From contig OZ024763.1 of NCBI GenBank assembly GCA_964016885.1, forward strand, positions 15,624,001-15,688,000: a DNA stretch of 64,000 nt, written 5' to 3'. This DNA comes from Eledone cirrhosa. Taxonomy: Eukaryota. Numbering within the stretch: the stretch's first letter is position 1; each line of letters starts with the position of its first letter. Below, piece by piece: positions 63,201-64,000 of this stretch. Made by a program: the position numbers and the translations under genes. The notes beneath the pieces are model-generated. The model was not told the DNA's origin. It did not search any database and worked only from the letters and a program-made list of their open reading frames with translations.

Positions 63201-64000
63201 CTCTCACCTCTTTCTGTTCAAACTGGCTGTAACCAGCCACTCATACTGATGTTAAGGTATTGTTCACAAACTAAATAACATCAAAATCTCATAGATTCAA
63301 TATTATGTGAAACATTCATCATCATCATTATCGTTATAGAGGAAGACACTTTGTGCAAGTGTCTAAGGTGCTGAGCAGAGGAATAAAAGTTGGAGCCGCA
63401 AGACTACGAAGTAAACTTCTTAACCATATGTTCTAAAAAAAAAAACAGCAAAGTTAACAAATACAGGAATAAAAAAAGTTTTTGAATGAAATACAAAACA
63501 AAACGACAATAAATTTCCTCAATATTATTTTTATGTTCAGTTTTCTAAGCTGGCATGGATGGATCTGTGTATGAATGAGTGTGATTATCACTGTCTGATT
63601 AAGTATATGATTGTGCAAGTGCCTGTGAGTATGTATGTATGTATATATATATATATGTATGTGCATGGGAGTCTTGTTTATAAAATTCTCACCGTCTTCC
63701 CCCTATATGACTAAAACAGTGTACCTTACTGTTAGGGTCCTGCAAGATACACAACACTTAATTCAGACAAAAATTGCAACATTGATGAAATAAAATCAAA
63801 AACCTATAAAACAAAATTAACCCTTTAGCATTTAAACTGGCCAGAATACTCTCACCTCTTTCTGTCCAAACCGGCCGTAACTGGGCACACATACTGATGT
63901 TACGGTATTGTTCTCAAAATAAATCCTATCAAAATCTCATAAGATTCGATATTATGTGAGATAATTATGTAAGGTAAAGCCTTTACCCCCAAAATTCAAT

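Overview
Eukaryotic, AT-rich, microsatellite- and transposon-dense animal DNA. The SINE/LINE families look like those of a coleoid cephalopod (octopod); this assignment is inferred. The only clear host gene is the 3' part of a hillarin/KY-like (transglutaminase-like, catalytically degenerate) gene on the + strand: 7 phase-compatible GT-AG exons at 2714-17363 giving about 767 aa, with the start upstream of the window. An isolated exon resembling the MCM4 C-terminus lies at 36641-36736. The rest is decayed mobile DNA: RTE, CR1/L2-like and CRE-like LINE fragments, tRNA-derived SINEs, a 5'-truncated Penelope-like element with an inverted pLTR, a Merlin-like transposon remnant, and piggyBac- and Tc1-type MITEs. 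About a dozen tandem arrays are present, most grown from TE pieces or TE junctions. Notable signals are: (1) about 10 minimal hammerhead-ribozyme-like motifs, often in fold-back palindromes inserted in (TA)n; (2) three related GC-rich, strongly foldable, Pol III-like units starting AGTAGWATTGCGGC, one next to an octamer-motif array; (3) an intronic array complementary to that intron's own splice donor; (4) the orphan MCM4-like exon. All calls were made by eye, and no searches or folding programs were run.
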